Shown here: positions 23,936 through 32,153 of the stretch, one piece after another
How the letters are laid out: each line of letters begins with the position of its first letter
Position numbering within the stretch: the stretch's first letter is position 1
IMG/VR virus record: IMGVR_UViG_3300037419_000959
Coordinates: 1 to 56,357 of that record
DNA: 56,357 bases
Direction: 5' to 3' (one strand)
Source of the DNA: a virus
Program-made: the position numbers and the translations under genes
The notes under the pieces: generated by a model
Told to the model about the DNA's origin: nothing
Database searches by the model: none
What the model saw: only the letters and a program-made list of their open reading frames with translations

Positions 23936-24349
23936 ATGAAAACGATCACAATTGCCGGCAGGCTGACCAAAGACGCCGAGATGAAACGCAGCCGAGACGG
24001 TGACGCAATCCTCCAGTTCTCCGTTGCAGTCGATGATTTCGACGGAAAGGACAAGACCACGATCTATTTCGACGTGGCACTGTTCGGCAAGAGAGCACAG
24101 AGCCTGGAGCAGCATCTCGTCAAGGGAACAAGCGTCGCTGTCGCTGGCGATTTCAGCACCTTCAACGCCGATAGCGGCAAGACGTATCTGAAGGTACGTG
24201 CAAGCTCGATAACGCTCCTGGGCGGCTCTCCTAAGCGGGAGGAAGCGCCACAGCGGCAACAGCCAAGGCCTGCGCCAGCGCGTGATGACAGGCGCTTCAT
24301 GGATGACATGGGCGGAGACGAAATTCCTTTCATGTATAATTGGAAATAG
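23936..24349 (+). CDS. ssb: Single-stranded DNA-binding protein with a 5-aa extension beyond the usual C-terminal tip
   Basis: OB-fold N-terminus (ITIAGRLTKDAEMK..), Pro/Gln-rich linker and acidic tip GGDEIPF, followed by MYNWK before the stop. Confidence 0.85.
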   Translation: MKTITIAGRLTKDAEMKRSRDGDAILQFSVAVDDFDGKDKTTIYFDVALFGKRAQSLEQHLVKGTSVAVAGDFSTFNADSGKTYLKVRASSITLLGGSPKREEAPQRQQPRPAPARDDRRFMDDMGGDEIPFMYNWK

Positions 24350-24351
24350 CG

Positions 24352-24843
24352 ATGGCTACTAGATGCATCTCATGCAGAGAAGAGAAGGAGTCAGAGGGTT
24401 TCTATTCACACCCTCAGATGAAAAATGGGCACGTCAACGTATGCAAGGAATGCCATAAAGGGCGCATGAGATCTCGATCGCGCACGAATGTCAAAGTTCA
24501 AGAGTATGATAAGCGACGGGCAAAAACCCCAGAAAGAATTGCTAAGGGTAAACAAATCACAGATGCATGGCGTCTGAACAATCCAGTAGCATATTCGGCA
24601 CACACCGCAGTTTCAAATGCCGTCAGAGACGGGCGACTTAAAAAGCTTCCATGCGAGTTTTGCGGCGAAATCAAGGTCCATGCTCATCATAAAAATTACC
24701 TTGAGCCGCTAAATGTAGTTTGGCTGTGCGCCAAATGTCACCATCGACTGCACGCCATGTTTCCTGAACTAGAAGGGAAAAACAAACAAATCGACAGAAA
24801 GGAGAACGTTGATGGCACAGCGCATTGTCGAAACCGAATATGA
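24352..24843 (+). CDS. HNH endonuclease in a visibly AT-richer cassette
   Basis: CISC..CKEC zinc pairs and HAHHKNYLEPLNVVWLCAKCHHRLH (HNH/bba-Me). Composition switches to AT-rich at the ssb tip codon. Confidence 0.75.
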   Translation: MATRCISCREEKESEGFYSHPQMKNGHVNVCKECHKGRMRSRSRTNVKVQEYDKRRAKTPERIAKGKQITDAWRLNNPVAYSAHTAVSNAVRDGRLKKLPCEFCGEIKVHAHHKNYLEPLNVVWLCAKCHHRLHAMFPELEGKNKQIDRKENVDGTAHCRNRI

Positions 24844-25270
24844 GCGCAAGATGCTCATCAAGTTTGTCGAGAGCCAACCTTTGCCGCTCACTGTCAATGT
24901 CCAGTCAGTCGGTAAGAGAACAGCACTTCAGAACAGGCTTAATCGCCAGTGGATGCTGGACATTGAAGCCCAACTGGACGGCTGGACGGCGGAATATGCC
25001 CGCGGCTATTGCAAGCTCCATTTCGGCATTCCGATCCTGCGCAACGAGGATGAAGACTTTTGCCGGGAATATGACGCAGTGGTCCGTCCGTTGCCCTACG
25101 AAGCAAAGCTCAAACTTATGCAAGTGCCGTTTGATTTTGGGGTAACGCGCCTCATGACCGTCAAGCAACAGACGGCGTATCTCGACGCCATTCATCGGCA
25201 CTTTTCAGAGCAAGGCGTCGTGCTGACAAATCCAGACGATCTGAAGTTCGGTGCGAGGAAAGCAGCTTAG
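24809..25270 (+). CDS. ninB: NinB/Orf-like recombination mediator
   Basis: KRTALQNRLNRQWMLDIEAQ parallels lambda Orf RSLDQNRKLWACLGDVSRQ. Size (153 aa) and recombination-module context fit. Confidence 0.5.
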   Translation: MMAQRIVETEYERKMLIKFVESQPLPLTVNVQSVGKRTALQNRLNRQWMLDIEAQLDGWTAEYARGYCKLHFGIPILRNEDEDFCREYDAVVRPLPYEAKLKLMQVPFDFGVTRLMTVKQQTAYLDAIHRHFSEQGVVLTNPDDLKFGARKAA

Positions 25271-25290
25271 TTCCGGCCCGCCAGCCGGAA
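25271..25290 (+). terminator. Hairpin TTCCGGC-6 nt-GCCGGAA immediately after the ninB-like stop
   Basis: Read directly. No T-tract follows, so it is a weak terminator candidate. Confidence 0.3.
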
Positions 25291-25374
25291 TGCCAGCGAG
25301 GGCCGTCATAGCTCACCCTCCCGAGAAACCCCCGTGGTGGTCCTCGCTGGCAACTTGAACATAGAGGAACGAAG

Positions 25375-25770
25375 ATGAGCGAGCAGGACAAAAACAACGC
25401 CTACTTGGCGAAAGAACGCCTTGAGCACATGGCGAAGGAAAGCGCTCTGTCAATTGGCACATATTGCATAACTGGCGATCACAGGGGACTTTCTGTAGCG
25501 GTCCCATTCTTGACTAATGATCAAGCCGTCGATGCATTTAAGGAAGTTTGCAAGCTGCTAGAGAATTCGTTCATATCGTACATCTACCCGACGTTCCCGC
25601 TTCGCGAAAAGTGGATTGACGGATACGCTGGTTTTTTCACAAGCGAGATTGACGACAGAAATTTTGTAAGCTGCCGCGATGTGTGGGACTTCGTCTACGG
25701 CGAAAAGAGAGGTTCTGTTTCGGCTGAGGCCCTCGCCGACTTCCTAAGTCGAAAAGGCGAAACTAAATGA
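25375..25770 (+). CDS. Hypothetical protein (131 aa), AT-richer segment
   Basis: ORF track. GAGGAACGAAG lies upstream of the ATG. Confidence 0.55.
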   Translation: MSEQDKNNAYLAKERLEHMAKESALSIGTYCITGDHRGLSVAVPFLTNDQAVDAFKEVCKLLENSFISYIYPTFPLREKWIDGYAGFFTSEIDDRNFVSCRDVWDFVYGEKRGSVSAEALADFLSRKGETK

Positions 25771-25982
25771 ACAAAATCATCCGCCGCATTCTCCGCCAAT
25801 GGCAAATATGGAGAGACAAGAGAACAGCAGAGGCAAACTACCGCCGGCTGATGAAGAAGTACCCAGAGCTATCCCGCATTGACCAGGCACAAGCAGAAGC
25901 GAGACGGAAGCACAGGCCATGCCAGCATTTTGATGCTGCAAGACAGGCTGCGGTGCTGATGCTGTTGAGGGAGGGTAAGTGA
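25767..25982 (+). CDS. Hypothetical basic protein (71 aa)
   Basis: ORF track. ATGA overlap. Confidence 0.45.
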   Translation: MNKIIRRILRQWQIWRDKRTAEANYRRLMKKYPELSRIDQAQAEARRKHRPCQHFDAARQAAVLMLLREGK

Positions 25983-26272
25983 TGAAAATTGTCGCTGCGG
26001 CAGTGAAATATCTGCCCACTAGAACTGATAAAAACTGCCCACAATACAAAGCGATAATCATATCTTCGCCAGCACCCGCACGGCATTCAGATATCCTGAT
26101 CCCGATGAGTCAGATGCATCCTACGGCCGCTCATGAAGCAGAGCAAGGATTTCTAACAGATACAGGGGAGTTTCTAGGCCGTATAGGGGCAAAGCAGCTC
26201 GTTCGTGATACCAAGCAGCCGACGATCCGCAACACTCACCAGACCGAACTATTCTCAGAGGATTTGTGGTGA
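25979..26272 (+). CDS. Hypothetical protein (97 aa)
   Basis: ORF track. ARHSDIL..EQGFLTDTGEFLGR..LFSEDLW is a pattern recurrent in small phage proteins of unknown function. Confidence 0.5.
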   Translation: MMKIVAAAVKYLPTRTDKNCPQYKAIIISSPAPARHSDILIPMSQMHPTAAHEAEQGFLTDTGEFLGRIGAKQLVRDTKQPTIRNTHQTELFSEDLW

Positions 26273-26694
26273 TCAGGCGAGAATTCACCCGTAACCAGAA
26301 AGAACAGATAATCGAGCGCAGCAAGAATGCGAACGGCGAAATTTGCTGCGAAGGATGCGGGTTTGTGCTAGGGTTAAAGCATTACGAAATAGACCATATT
26401 CTCGCCGAAGCATTGCGACCCGAAGCCGACAAGACGCGCCCAATCACCATAGCGGAAGGCCAACTACTCGGCAAGGAATGCTGCCACCGCGGCGAAGACG
26501 GCAAAACGAACAAGGACGTTAAGGCGATCGCCAAGGGCAAGCGCCAGTACAACGGGCATAATGGCATCCGCACGCGTCCCGTCGCCAAAATCCCAGCCGC
26601 ACCATTCCCGAAGTCCGAGCGCACAGCTTCCCGCCAGCCCAAGCAAACGCTGCCCTACAGGGCGCTGTATGAAGCGAAGGAAGAACAACCGTGA
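26266..26694 (+). CDS. HNH endonuclease
   Basis: CEGCG...EIDHILAEAL...CCHRGEDGKTNKDVKAIAKGKR is an HNH arrangement. GTG start. Confidence 0.75.
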   Translation: MVIRREFTRNQKEQIIERSKNANGEICCEGCGFVLGLKHYEIDHILAEALRPEADKTRPITIAEGQLLGKECCHRGEDGKTNKDVKAIAKGKRQYNGHNGIRTRPVAKIPAAPFPKSERTASRQPKQTLPYRALYEAKEEQP

Positions 26695-27047
26695 TGCTGG
26701 AAGCGCTTAGATCATTCTTTTCCAAATCAATTCGGCAGGCTGCGGAAGAAGGCGCGATGAAGGCGGCCCGCACCTATCTTGAGCACAGGCTCCCAGATGT
26801 CATTAACGAAGTCGCGCGCGAGAAATTCGCGGCAAACCCTGACATGCATCTAACAAATGCAGGCTTTGGGTTCGCGATGGCGCTCGAACTTAACGCATTG
26901 TGGCCAGATTTGGATACGGGTACCGCAGCCAAATGGATGTGGGATTATATCCGCGATGGGCTTGATGTTGACAAAAGAGAATGGACGCCCGCGACGGCCA
27001 AGCGTCTCGCTCAATCATATGCATCAGAATATGGAGAGCAACCATGA
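26691..27047 (+). CDS. Hypothetical protein (118 aa)
   Basis: ORF track. Confidence 0.5.
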   Translation: MMLEALRSFFSKSIRQAAEEGAMKAARTYLEHRLPDVINEVAREKFAANPDMHLTNAGFGFAMALELNALWPDLDTGTAAKWMWDYIRDGLDVDKREWTPATAKRLAQSYASEYGEQP

Positions 27048-27604
27048 CCACACCAGACCTACCAGAGCCAGCGGCGTGGATCAGTCGGAAAGGCCTTCGC
27101 GCCATCAAATCGCACGGGTTTGCCATGGCTGCAAAACGCAAGGAGGGGCATTATACCGTCCCGCTTTTCACCCTCGACCAGCTCCTAGCCGAACGCCAGC
27201 GGGCAAAAGAATGCGACCCGGAAGCATGCAAGGCGCATATCGACGCGTTCAGGCAGCGCGCCGAGACTGCAAACGAACTTGCCCGTCTGGCCTATTCGTC
27301 CGACGAACATTTCACCGTGTGGAAGGAATTGCTCGCCCGCGCCCAAACAGCCGAAGCCCTAGCAGAAACCAACCAGTTCTGGGCAGAAAAAGAGCACGCT
27401 GAGGGGGTCAGATTGTCGGAACGGCTGAAAGAGGCAGAGACCATCATAGAGCAGCAACGGAAGGCTCTCAAACCGCTCGCCGCGTCTGTCTTCAATGACA
27501 ACGGTGACATGGGCGTCAATCTCTACACGCCAGATGCTGAGACGTTCGTTGCGGCCTATTTTGCCGAGCGCGCCGCCGCTCAATTCATGGAGGCAAAGCC
27601 ATGA
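27044..27604 (+). CDS. Hypothetical coiled-coil protein (186 aa)
   Basis: Internal ATG 27044 with ATGA overlap. Confidence 0.5.
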   Translation: MTTPDLPEPAAWISRKGLRAIKSHGFAMAAKRKEGHYTVPLFTLDQLLAERQRAKECDPEACKAHIDAFRQRAETANELARLAYSSDEHFTVWKELLARAQTAEALAETNQFWAEKEHAEGVRLSERLKEAETIIEQQRKALKPLAASVFNDNGDMGVNLYTPDAETFVAAYFAERAAAQFMEAKP

Positions 27605-28398
27605 GCCAGATTAGCGACGAAATCATTTCGGAGATCGCCGTCAAGGCATGTGCTGAAAGCAATCAGGCGAGCGGTCCGATCGGGATAATATTCAGCGGCT
27701 CTCCGTATGACTGCGCCAAGCGCGCGGCACGCATTGCCCTCGAATCTGCGCTGGCGGCACAAGCCGTCGCGGTGGTGCCGCTGACATTCGAAAAACAGAA
27801 TGTCGAGGGGACGGCCTGGTGTTCCGAGATGGCTGTAGGCGGCTATTATGTCGTAAAATTCGACGGTGCGCATTGGATAGGCGTTCTCAGAGGATTGATC
27901 ATCGCGCAGGAAGATTCTCGCGACAAAGCGATGGCGGCCGCACAGAAGCATCATTCAGACGGAATTCTTTCCGCCTTAGCCTTCCGGCCAGATCAATCGA
28001 GAACGCTAGCGATCGAGGAGGCTGCACAAGTCGCGGCTTCCTTTGGCGGTACATGGTCTGGGAGTAGGGATGTTAATGTAGCTGTGCAAGAGGCTGCGGT
28101 TGACGATAAAGTAAATGAAATCGTCGATGCCATTCGCGCCCTTTCCGCTCTCGCCTCCCCGCCAGGGCCGCAGGACGGTTGGCGGCCAATCGAGACTGCG
28201 CCGAAGGACGGACGTGATATTATCTTGGGCGGCTGCAAAATTGGCCCCTCCGTCCGCGTGGCGCATTGGGGCGCGGGTGCGTACAACCGCAAGACTAAAT
28301 CCTATGACTTAGACTGGACGAGCGTGACGGCGTTCGGGTTCGGTCCGACGCACTGGCAGCCTCTTCCCGCCGCTCCCAAGCCGGAGGCGACAGAGTGA
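27601..28398 (+). CDS. DUF551-domain protein
   Basis: C-terminus DGWRPIETAPKDGRDIILGG...PTHWQPLPAAP is the DUF551 signature. Confidence 0.6.
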   Translation: MSQISDEIISEIAVKACAESNQASGPIGIIFSGSPYDCAKRAARIALESALAAQAVAVVPLTFEKQNVEGTAWCSEMAVGGYYVVKFDGAHWIGVLRGLIIAQEDSRDKAMAAAQKHHSDGILSALAFRPDQSRTLAIEEAAQVAASFGGTWSGSRDVNVAVQEAAVDDKVNEIVDAIRALSALASPPGPQDGWRPIETAPKDGRDIILGGCKIGPSVRVAHWGAGAYNRKTKSYDLDWTSVTAFGFGPTHWQPLPAAPKPEATE

Positions 28399-28760
28399 AA
28401 GACATCGTCGATCTTCTCAAAGACGCCGCCTACGTCATGTACAAATCAGGCTGGCAGAGCAGCACCATTGCGGGCGAGGCTGCGGCGGAAATCATTCGCC
28501 TCCGCTCCGAACTCTCCAAAGCCCAACCGAAATGGCAGCCAATCGCAGCTGCTCCAATGGACGGCACGGAAATCCTCGGTTTCGGCTCTGCCTCATGGCG
28601 CGGCAAGAAATATGCGCCGGCTCATCACGTCGCATGGTTCGCAGATGGGAAATGGCTGGGCCGCGATCCGGATGCAGACGTTGAATTGCATCTCACCGAA
28701 TGGACGCCGCTTCTGGCGGCTCCGAAACAGGTTGTGCGCCAGGAAGGAGAGCGGCCGTGA
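28395..28760 (+). CDS. DUF551-domain protein (paralogue)
   Basis: KWQPIAAAPMDGTEILGFG...LTEWTPLLAAP. GTG start overlapping the upstream stop. Confidence 0.55.
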   Translation: MKDIVDLLKDAAYVMYKSGWQSSTIAGEAAAEIIRLRSELSKAQPKWQPIAAAPMDGTEILGFGSASWRGKKYAPAHHVAWFADGKWLGRDPDADVELHLTEWTPLLAAPKQVVRQEGERP

Positions 28761-29050
28761 GAACGCTTCCAGACATCGCTCGGGCGACTGCAAAAGATAT
28801 CGCCGAAATAGTTCGGCTAGCGCCATGCTGGATACTCGGCCATAAGCCGGTGCGAGGGCCACTTAAGAGATCACCGAACACGGTCTATACCCATTGGATT
28901 GAAACGCATTGCAGCCGGTGCGGTGAACTGCTTTCATCGCACCGGCTGTATATCGACGCGCTTTCATATCCTGAATATTATCGGGAAGGCTACGAGAACT
29001 TGCCGCCAGATCCAGTCTCCCGGAAGGTGCAGGAAGGCGACAGCACATGA
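28757..29050 (+). CDS. Hypothetical protein (97 aa)
   Basis: GTG 28757 in a GTGA overlap. HCSRCG motif. Confidence 0.45.
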   Translation: MRTLPDIARATAKDIAEIVRLAPCWILGHKPVRGPLKRSPNTVYTHWIETHCSRCGELLSSHRLYIDALSYPEYYREGYENLPPDPVSRKVQEGDST

Positions 29051-29169
29051 CCTCGCCCGATCCCGACCGCCTCGTAAAAGCAATCTACGCCAAGCGCGCC
29101 ATACGCGACCGTAACATAAAATCGTCGGAGCATTTGCGGGCGGCTGTTGAAATCGGGGAGAAGGTGTGA
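29047..29169 (+). CDS. Small ORF (40 aa)
   Basis: Hand translated: MTSPDPDRLVKAIYAKRAIRDRNIKSSEHLRAAVEIGEKV. ATGA overlap upstream; its TGA overlaps the next ATG. Confidence 0.35.
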   Translation: MTSPDPDRLVKAIYAKRAIRDRNIKSSEHLRAAVEIGEKV

Positions 29170-29498
29170 TGTCCCTGTTGACACCCGACGAGGCCGCGAA
29201 GGAGCTTGGGATATCCGGCAAGCAATTGCGTGAACTTTCCGCTCATGGCGACTTGCCGTTCATCAATGTGGGCTTGGGCGCTCGTCCGGCACGACGATAT
29301 GAGCCGTCCGATATAGAGGCGTTCAAGGCGGAACGGAGGACTATTTCATGCCCGTCTTTAAGCGACCCGGCGCCGAAACCTACAGCTACGATTTCCGGCT
29401 CAAAGGTGTTCGACATTCAGGCAATACTAGCTGCTCGACAAAGCGAGAAGCGGAAAAATACGAAGATGCCGTCCGGAAGCAGGCCCAAGCATCCATAG
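29169..29498 (+). CDS. Excisionase/MerR-like HTH protein. The reading frame extends 151 nt into int.
   Basis: LLTPDEAAKELGISGKQLRELSAHGDLPFINVG..RRYEPSDIEAFK is an HTH_17/Xis-like segment. No stop occurs until 29498. Confidence 0.6.
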   Translation: MSLLTPDEAAKELGISGKQLRELSAHGDLPFINVGLGARPARRYEPSDIEAFKAERRTISCPSLSDPAPKPTATISGSKVFDIQAILAARQSEKRKNTKMPSGSRPKHP

Positions 29499-30436
29499 CC
29501 GACGAACGCCAGCCAATGACGATGGCCGTTGCCGTCCTGAAATATTGGGAGGAGGTTGGCCAGCATCACGCCAACAGCGACACCACGCTTAAAACCTTGG
29601 CATGGATCGAAAAGGAACTCGGCAAATCCAAACGGGTCTCGCAGATCAAGAGCGCTGATATCGCACGCCTCATCGCGAAGCGTCGTCTTCCGGACGCTAA
29701 AGGCAACAGTTTGAGCCATGCGACGGTAAACAGGAGCGTTACGCAGCCAATGCGGGCCATATTGGCGCGCGCTGCGGATACTTGGGGCCAGCAGGTTCAG
29801 AAAATTGAATGGTCGAAATATATGCTTAAGGAGCCGCAAGAACGCGTCCGCGAGTTGCATGCCGACGAGGAAGCCAGACTTTTTTCCAAACTGCGCCTCG
29901 ATTATCATCCGATCGTGAAGTTTTCCCTGCTGACTGGCTGCCGGATGCAGGAATGCCTTGATCTGACATGGCGCCAAATAGATTGGCGCAATCTACAGAT
30001 ACGCGTCACGGGAAAAGGCGACAAGACGCGAACGATACCGCTGGCGAAAAAGGTGAAATCTCTGCTTTGGGTGTTGCCACGTGCCGATGAGCGCGTATTT
30101 ACCTACGCCAGCAAGAGGGCTGACCATGCTCCACGCGGCAAATTGCTGCCGATCGAGCGTGAAGGGCTGAAGTCAATTTTCGAGCGCGCCATAAAAGCAG
30201 CAGAGATAGAGGACTTCAGTTTTCATGATCTACGCCATACCTGCGCCACGCGCTTGCTGCGCAAGACCGGCAACCTGCGTTTGGTGAAGGAATTGCTCGG
30301 ACACGAGGATATCGCCACGACGCTGAAATATGCCCACGTGACGAAGGATGATCTGCGGGACGCCATGGATTCTGTTGGCGATGAAGAAATTAACACGGGA
30401 AACGCCACCGGCGAAATAGAGGCCCTAGATAAGTGA
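29348..30436 (+). CDS. int: Tyrosine integrase
   Basis: 362 aa. N-terminal arm-type domain (MPVFKRPGAETYSYDFRLKG..), LLTGCRMQE (Arg), HDLRHTCAT (H-x-x-R) and LGHEDIATTLKYAHV (catalytic Tyr). Confidence 0.92.
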   Translation: MPVFKRPGAETYSYDFRLKGVRHSGNTSCSTKREAEKYEDAVRKQAQASIADERQPMTMAVAVLKYWEEVGQHHANSDTTLKTLAWIEKELGKSKRVSQIKSADIARLIAKRRLPDAKGNSLSHATVNRSVTQPMRAILARAADTWGQQVQKIEWSKYMLKEPQERVRELHADEEARLFSKLRLDYHPIVKFSLLTGCRMQECLDLTWRQIDWRNLQIRVTGKGDKTRTIPLAKKVKSLLWVLPRADERVFTYASKRADHAPRGKLLPIEREGLKSIFERAIKAAEIEDFSFHDLRHTCATRLLRKTGNLRLVKELLGHEDIATTLKYAHVTKDDLRDAMDSVGDEEINTGNATGEIEALDK

Positions 30437-30472
30437 TTGAAACAATGTATAATATAGCCTTGTGGCTATCCG

Positions 30473-30512
30473 CCCCCCAGTCAAGTGCGCTACCAGGCTG
30501 CGCTACACTCCG
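30473..30512 (-). other. tRNA-Pro(GGG)-like 5' half (acceptor 5' strand, complete D-arm, anticodon stem 5' strand and loop). Putative attP core.
   Basis: The reverse complement reads CGGAGTG TA GCGC AGCCTGGTA GCGC A CTTGA CTGGGGG, then diverges. No anticodon-stem 3' strand, T-arm or CCA end. It lies 37 nt after the int stop. Confidence 0.6.
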
Positions 30513-30667
30513 GCCGTGGAAAGCCCTTAGAATATCAATGCTTAAAGCGCAAGCGAGAATTTCCGTCACTCAGAACAACACGGAATTTTCGCCATGCGTG
30601 GTGATTTACGGCGCGCAGATTCACACGGAAATCACACGCAATGTTTCTCAAACGTTCTGGAGGCGTC

Positions 30668-31075
30668 ATGTCAGAAGAAACGCAGACGCAAACAATGGTC
30701 GAGCGAGTAGCGCGGGAGCCCCACGACAAAACCGGTGTTCTTGAACGATTGGGTATGCTGGCGGGACTTGGCGCGGATGCCGGCGGAGAGAATGAAGCCG
30801 CCCCGGATCAGAAAAGCATTTCCGAGGCTATGAGGTTCGTTGATAACCATGAATTTCTCATGGAGAAACCTTTGCCAGGATTGGATCACAATACCGGTGC
30901 GGTTGTCCTTGAATTCCATGGGAAACTTTTTGGCTCAATCTGCTTTCTCGGGCGGGGGATCATGGAAGTCTATATAAACGATGGACAAAAGAGTGATCTA
31001 TTTACAGCGGCGGGCAATAGCCGGAAGGCTAGGAATATCCTGACTAGGATCGGCGTGCATGAGATTAGCAGTTAG
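30668..31075 (+). CDS. Hypothetical protein (135 aa), att-proximal moron candidate
   Basis: ATG 30668 lies within track ORF 30641. Visibly AT-richer DNA. No motif recognised. Confidence 0.5.
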   Translation: MSEETQTQTMVERVAREPHDKTGVLERLGMLAGLGADAGGENEAAPDQKSISEAMRFVDNHEFLMEKPLPGLDHNTGAVVLEFHGKLFGSICFLGRGIMEVYINDGQKSDLFTAAGNSRKARNILTRIGVHEISS

Positions 31076-31196
31076 ACACGCGGATTTTCAATCCGAACTT
31101 CATGCAGCCTTTTCAAGGGCGAAAACTGGAATACGTGTCAAACCAGCATTCGTGAATCAATAGCTTAGCAGAGATTTGTCAAACTGGAGGAAGGGA

Positions 31197-31448
31197 ATGA
31201 GCAGTTGGTACGATGCAGCAAAGCAGTACATTCGCGAACTTGACGCCAAGCTTCCGGCTGACCTGCCTTTTCAAAAGCGTGTCGCCGCAGTTCGTGACGC
31301 TTATCCATGGGGAGAACGGAAGCACTGGCCGTATACAAGCTGGCTCAAGGCTCAGCGAGAGTATCTGGCGCGGTTTCAAAAATCAGATACGGCAATACCC
31401 GAAAAGCATCTGTCACCTCTGGAGCGACTTATGCGCAAGGGTGCGTAG
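31197..31448 (+). CDS. Hypothetical protein (83 aa)
   Basis: ATG 31197 directly follows GGAGGAAGGGA. The track start at 31176 is a TTG. Confidence 0.55.
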   Translation: MSSWYDAAKQYIRELDAKLPADLPFQKRVAAVRDAYPWGERKHWPYTSWLKAQREYLARFQKSDTAIPEKHLSPLERLMRKGA

Positions 31449-31476
31449 GAAGCCATAGATCCTAAGGAGAGACGGA

Positions 31477-31644
31477 ATGAGCACCTGCCCGAACTGCAAA
31501 CGTGAGTTCGATACCAACGTGAAGGGCGCATATTGCGAGGAATGTTGGCGCGCATGGTGCAGAGATGATGCGAGCTTTGAACGTCGTTTCGTCCAACTGA
31601 TCTATCGTGCGGCCCCTCCCCAATCTCCAGCCAAGGAGGGGTGA
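31477..31644 (+). CDS. Small zinc-ribbon protein (55 aa)
   Basis: Hand translated: MSTCPNCKREFDTNVKGAYCEECWRAWCRDDASFERRFVQLIYRAAPPQSPAKEG. AAGGAGAGACGGA lies upstream. Abuts the next ATG. Confidence 0.45.
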   Translation: MSTCPNCKREFDTNVKGAYCEECWRAWCRDDASFERRFVQLIYRAAPPQSPAKEG

Positions 31645-31890
31645 ATGAACGTGAAACTAGTCCAGTGCAAATGTGGCGGTGAAGCAAAATACATATGCGA
31701 ATGGGGAATGGACGATCAATTCGTCTGCACCAAATGCGACTATAAAACGAAATCGTATTATGATGGCGACCTGTATGCCGCCGACGAATGGAACCGAAGA
31801 AATACCGATCGGCCGTCAGCGCTACAGGAAGAAGTCATGAGACGAAACGCCGCTCTGTATGCGTATGTTCATCGCCGAGCCATCCAATGA
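31645..31890 (+). CDS. lar: Lar-family restriction-alleviation-like zinc-ribbon protein
   Basis: CKCGG...CTKCD...AADEWNRRN matches the Lar C..C...C..C...A..WNRR signature. Confidence 0.6.
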   Translation: MNVKLVQCKCGGEAKYICEWGMDDQFVCTKCDYKTKSYYDGDLYAADEWNRRNTDRPSALQEEVMRRNAALYAYVHRRAIQ

Positions 31891-31994
31891 ACCCGCACAA
31901 GCTGTCAGAACGCCTATGGCCCATCATCTTCGCCCTTCTGCCTATCGTGCTTGCTGCTGGCACTGTGATAAAATGGATGGGCTGGGGAAATTGA
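31887..31994 (+). CDS. Small TM peptide (35 aa)
   Basis: MNPHKLSERLWPIIFALLPIVLAAGTVIKWMGWGN. ATGA overlap with the lar-like stop. Confidence 0.4.
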   Translation: MNPHKLSERLWPIIFALLPIVLAAGTVIKWMGWGN

Positions 31995-32006
31995 AGGAGG
32001 AAGGGA

Positions 32007-32153
32007 ATGCTAGCGCGCTGGACTAGAATAATGCCCTACTTTATCGTGGTTTGGTTCACGAAGCGAAACGCCGAGCGACTTGAAGTCGTCCCTGGATATC
32101 TGAGCGCCAATCCGTATCGAGGTGAAATTCTCTCGTGGCGCAAAGGGAAATGA
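32007..32153 (+). CDS. Small ORF (48 aa)
   Basis: Hand translated: MLARWTRIMPYFIVVWFTKRNAERLEVVPGYLSANPYRGEILSWRKGK. Preceded by GGAGGAAGGGA, identical to the SD of 31197. ATGA overlap downstream. Confidence 0.4.
   Translation: MLARWTRIMPYFIVVWFTKRNAERLEVVPGYLSANPYRGEILSWRKGK

Noticed and set aside
19157-29050. T7-like early/middle genes (single-subunit RNA polymerase, DNA polymerase, primase-helicase) expected from the virion module
   Set aside because: No ORF of suitable size or motif content exists on either strand. The region encodes only small lambdoid-type early proteins.
30473-30512. A functional phage-encoded tRNA-Pro gene
   Set aside because: Only the 5' half is present. The sequence after the anticodon loop cannot pair with CTTGA, and there is no T-arm (GGTTCGAATCC-like) or acceptor 3' strand nearby on either strand.
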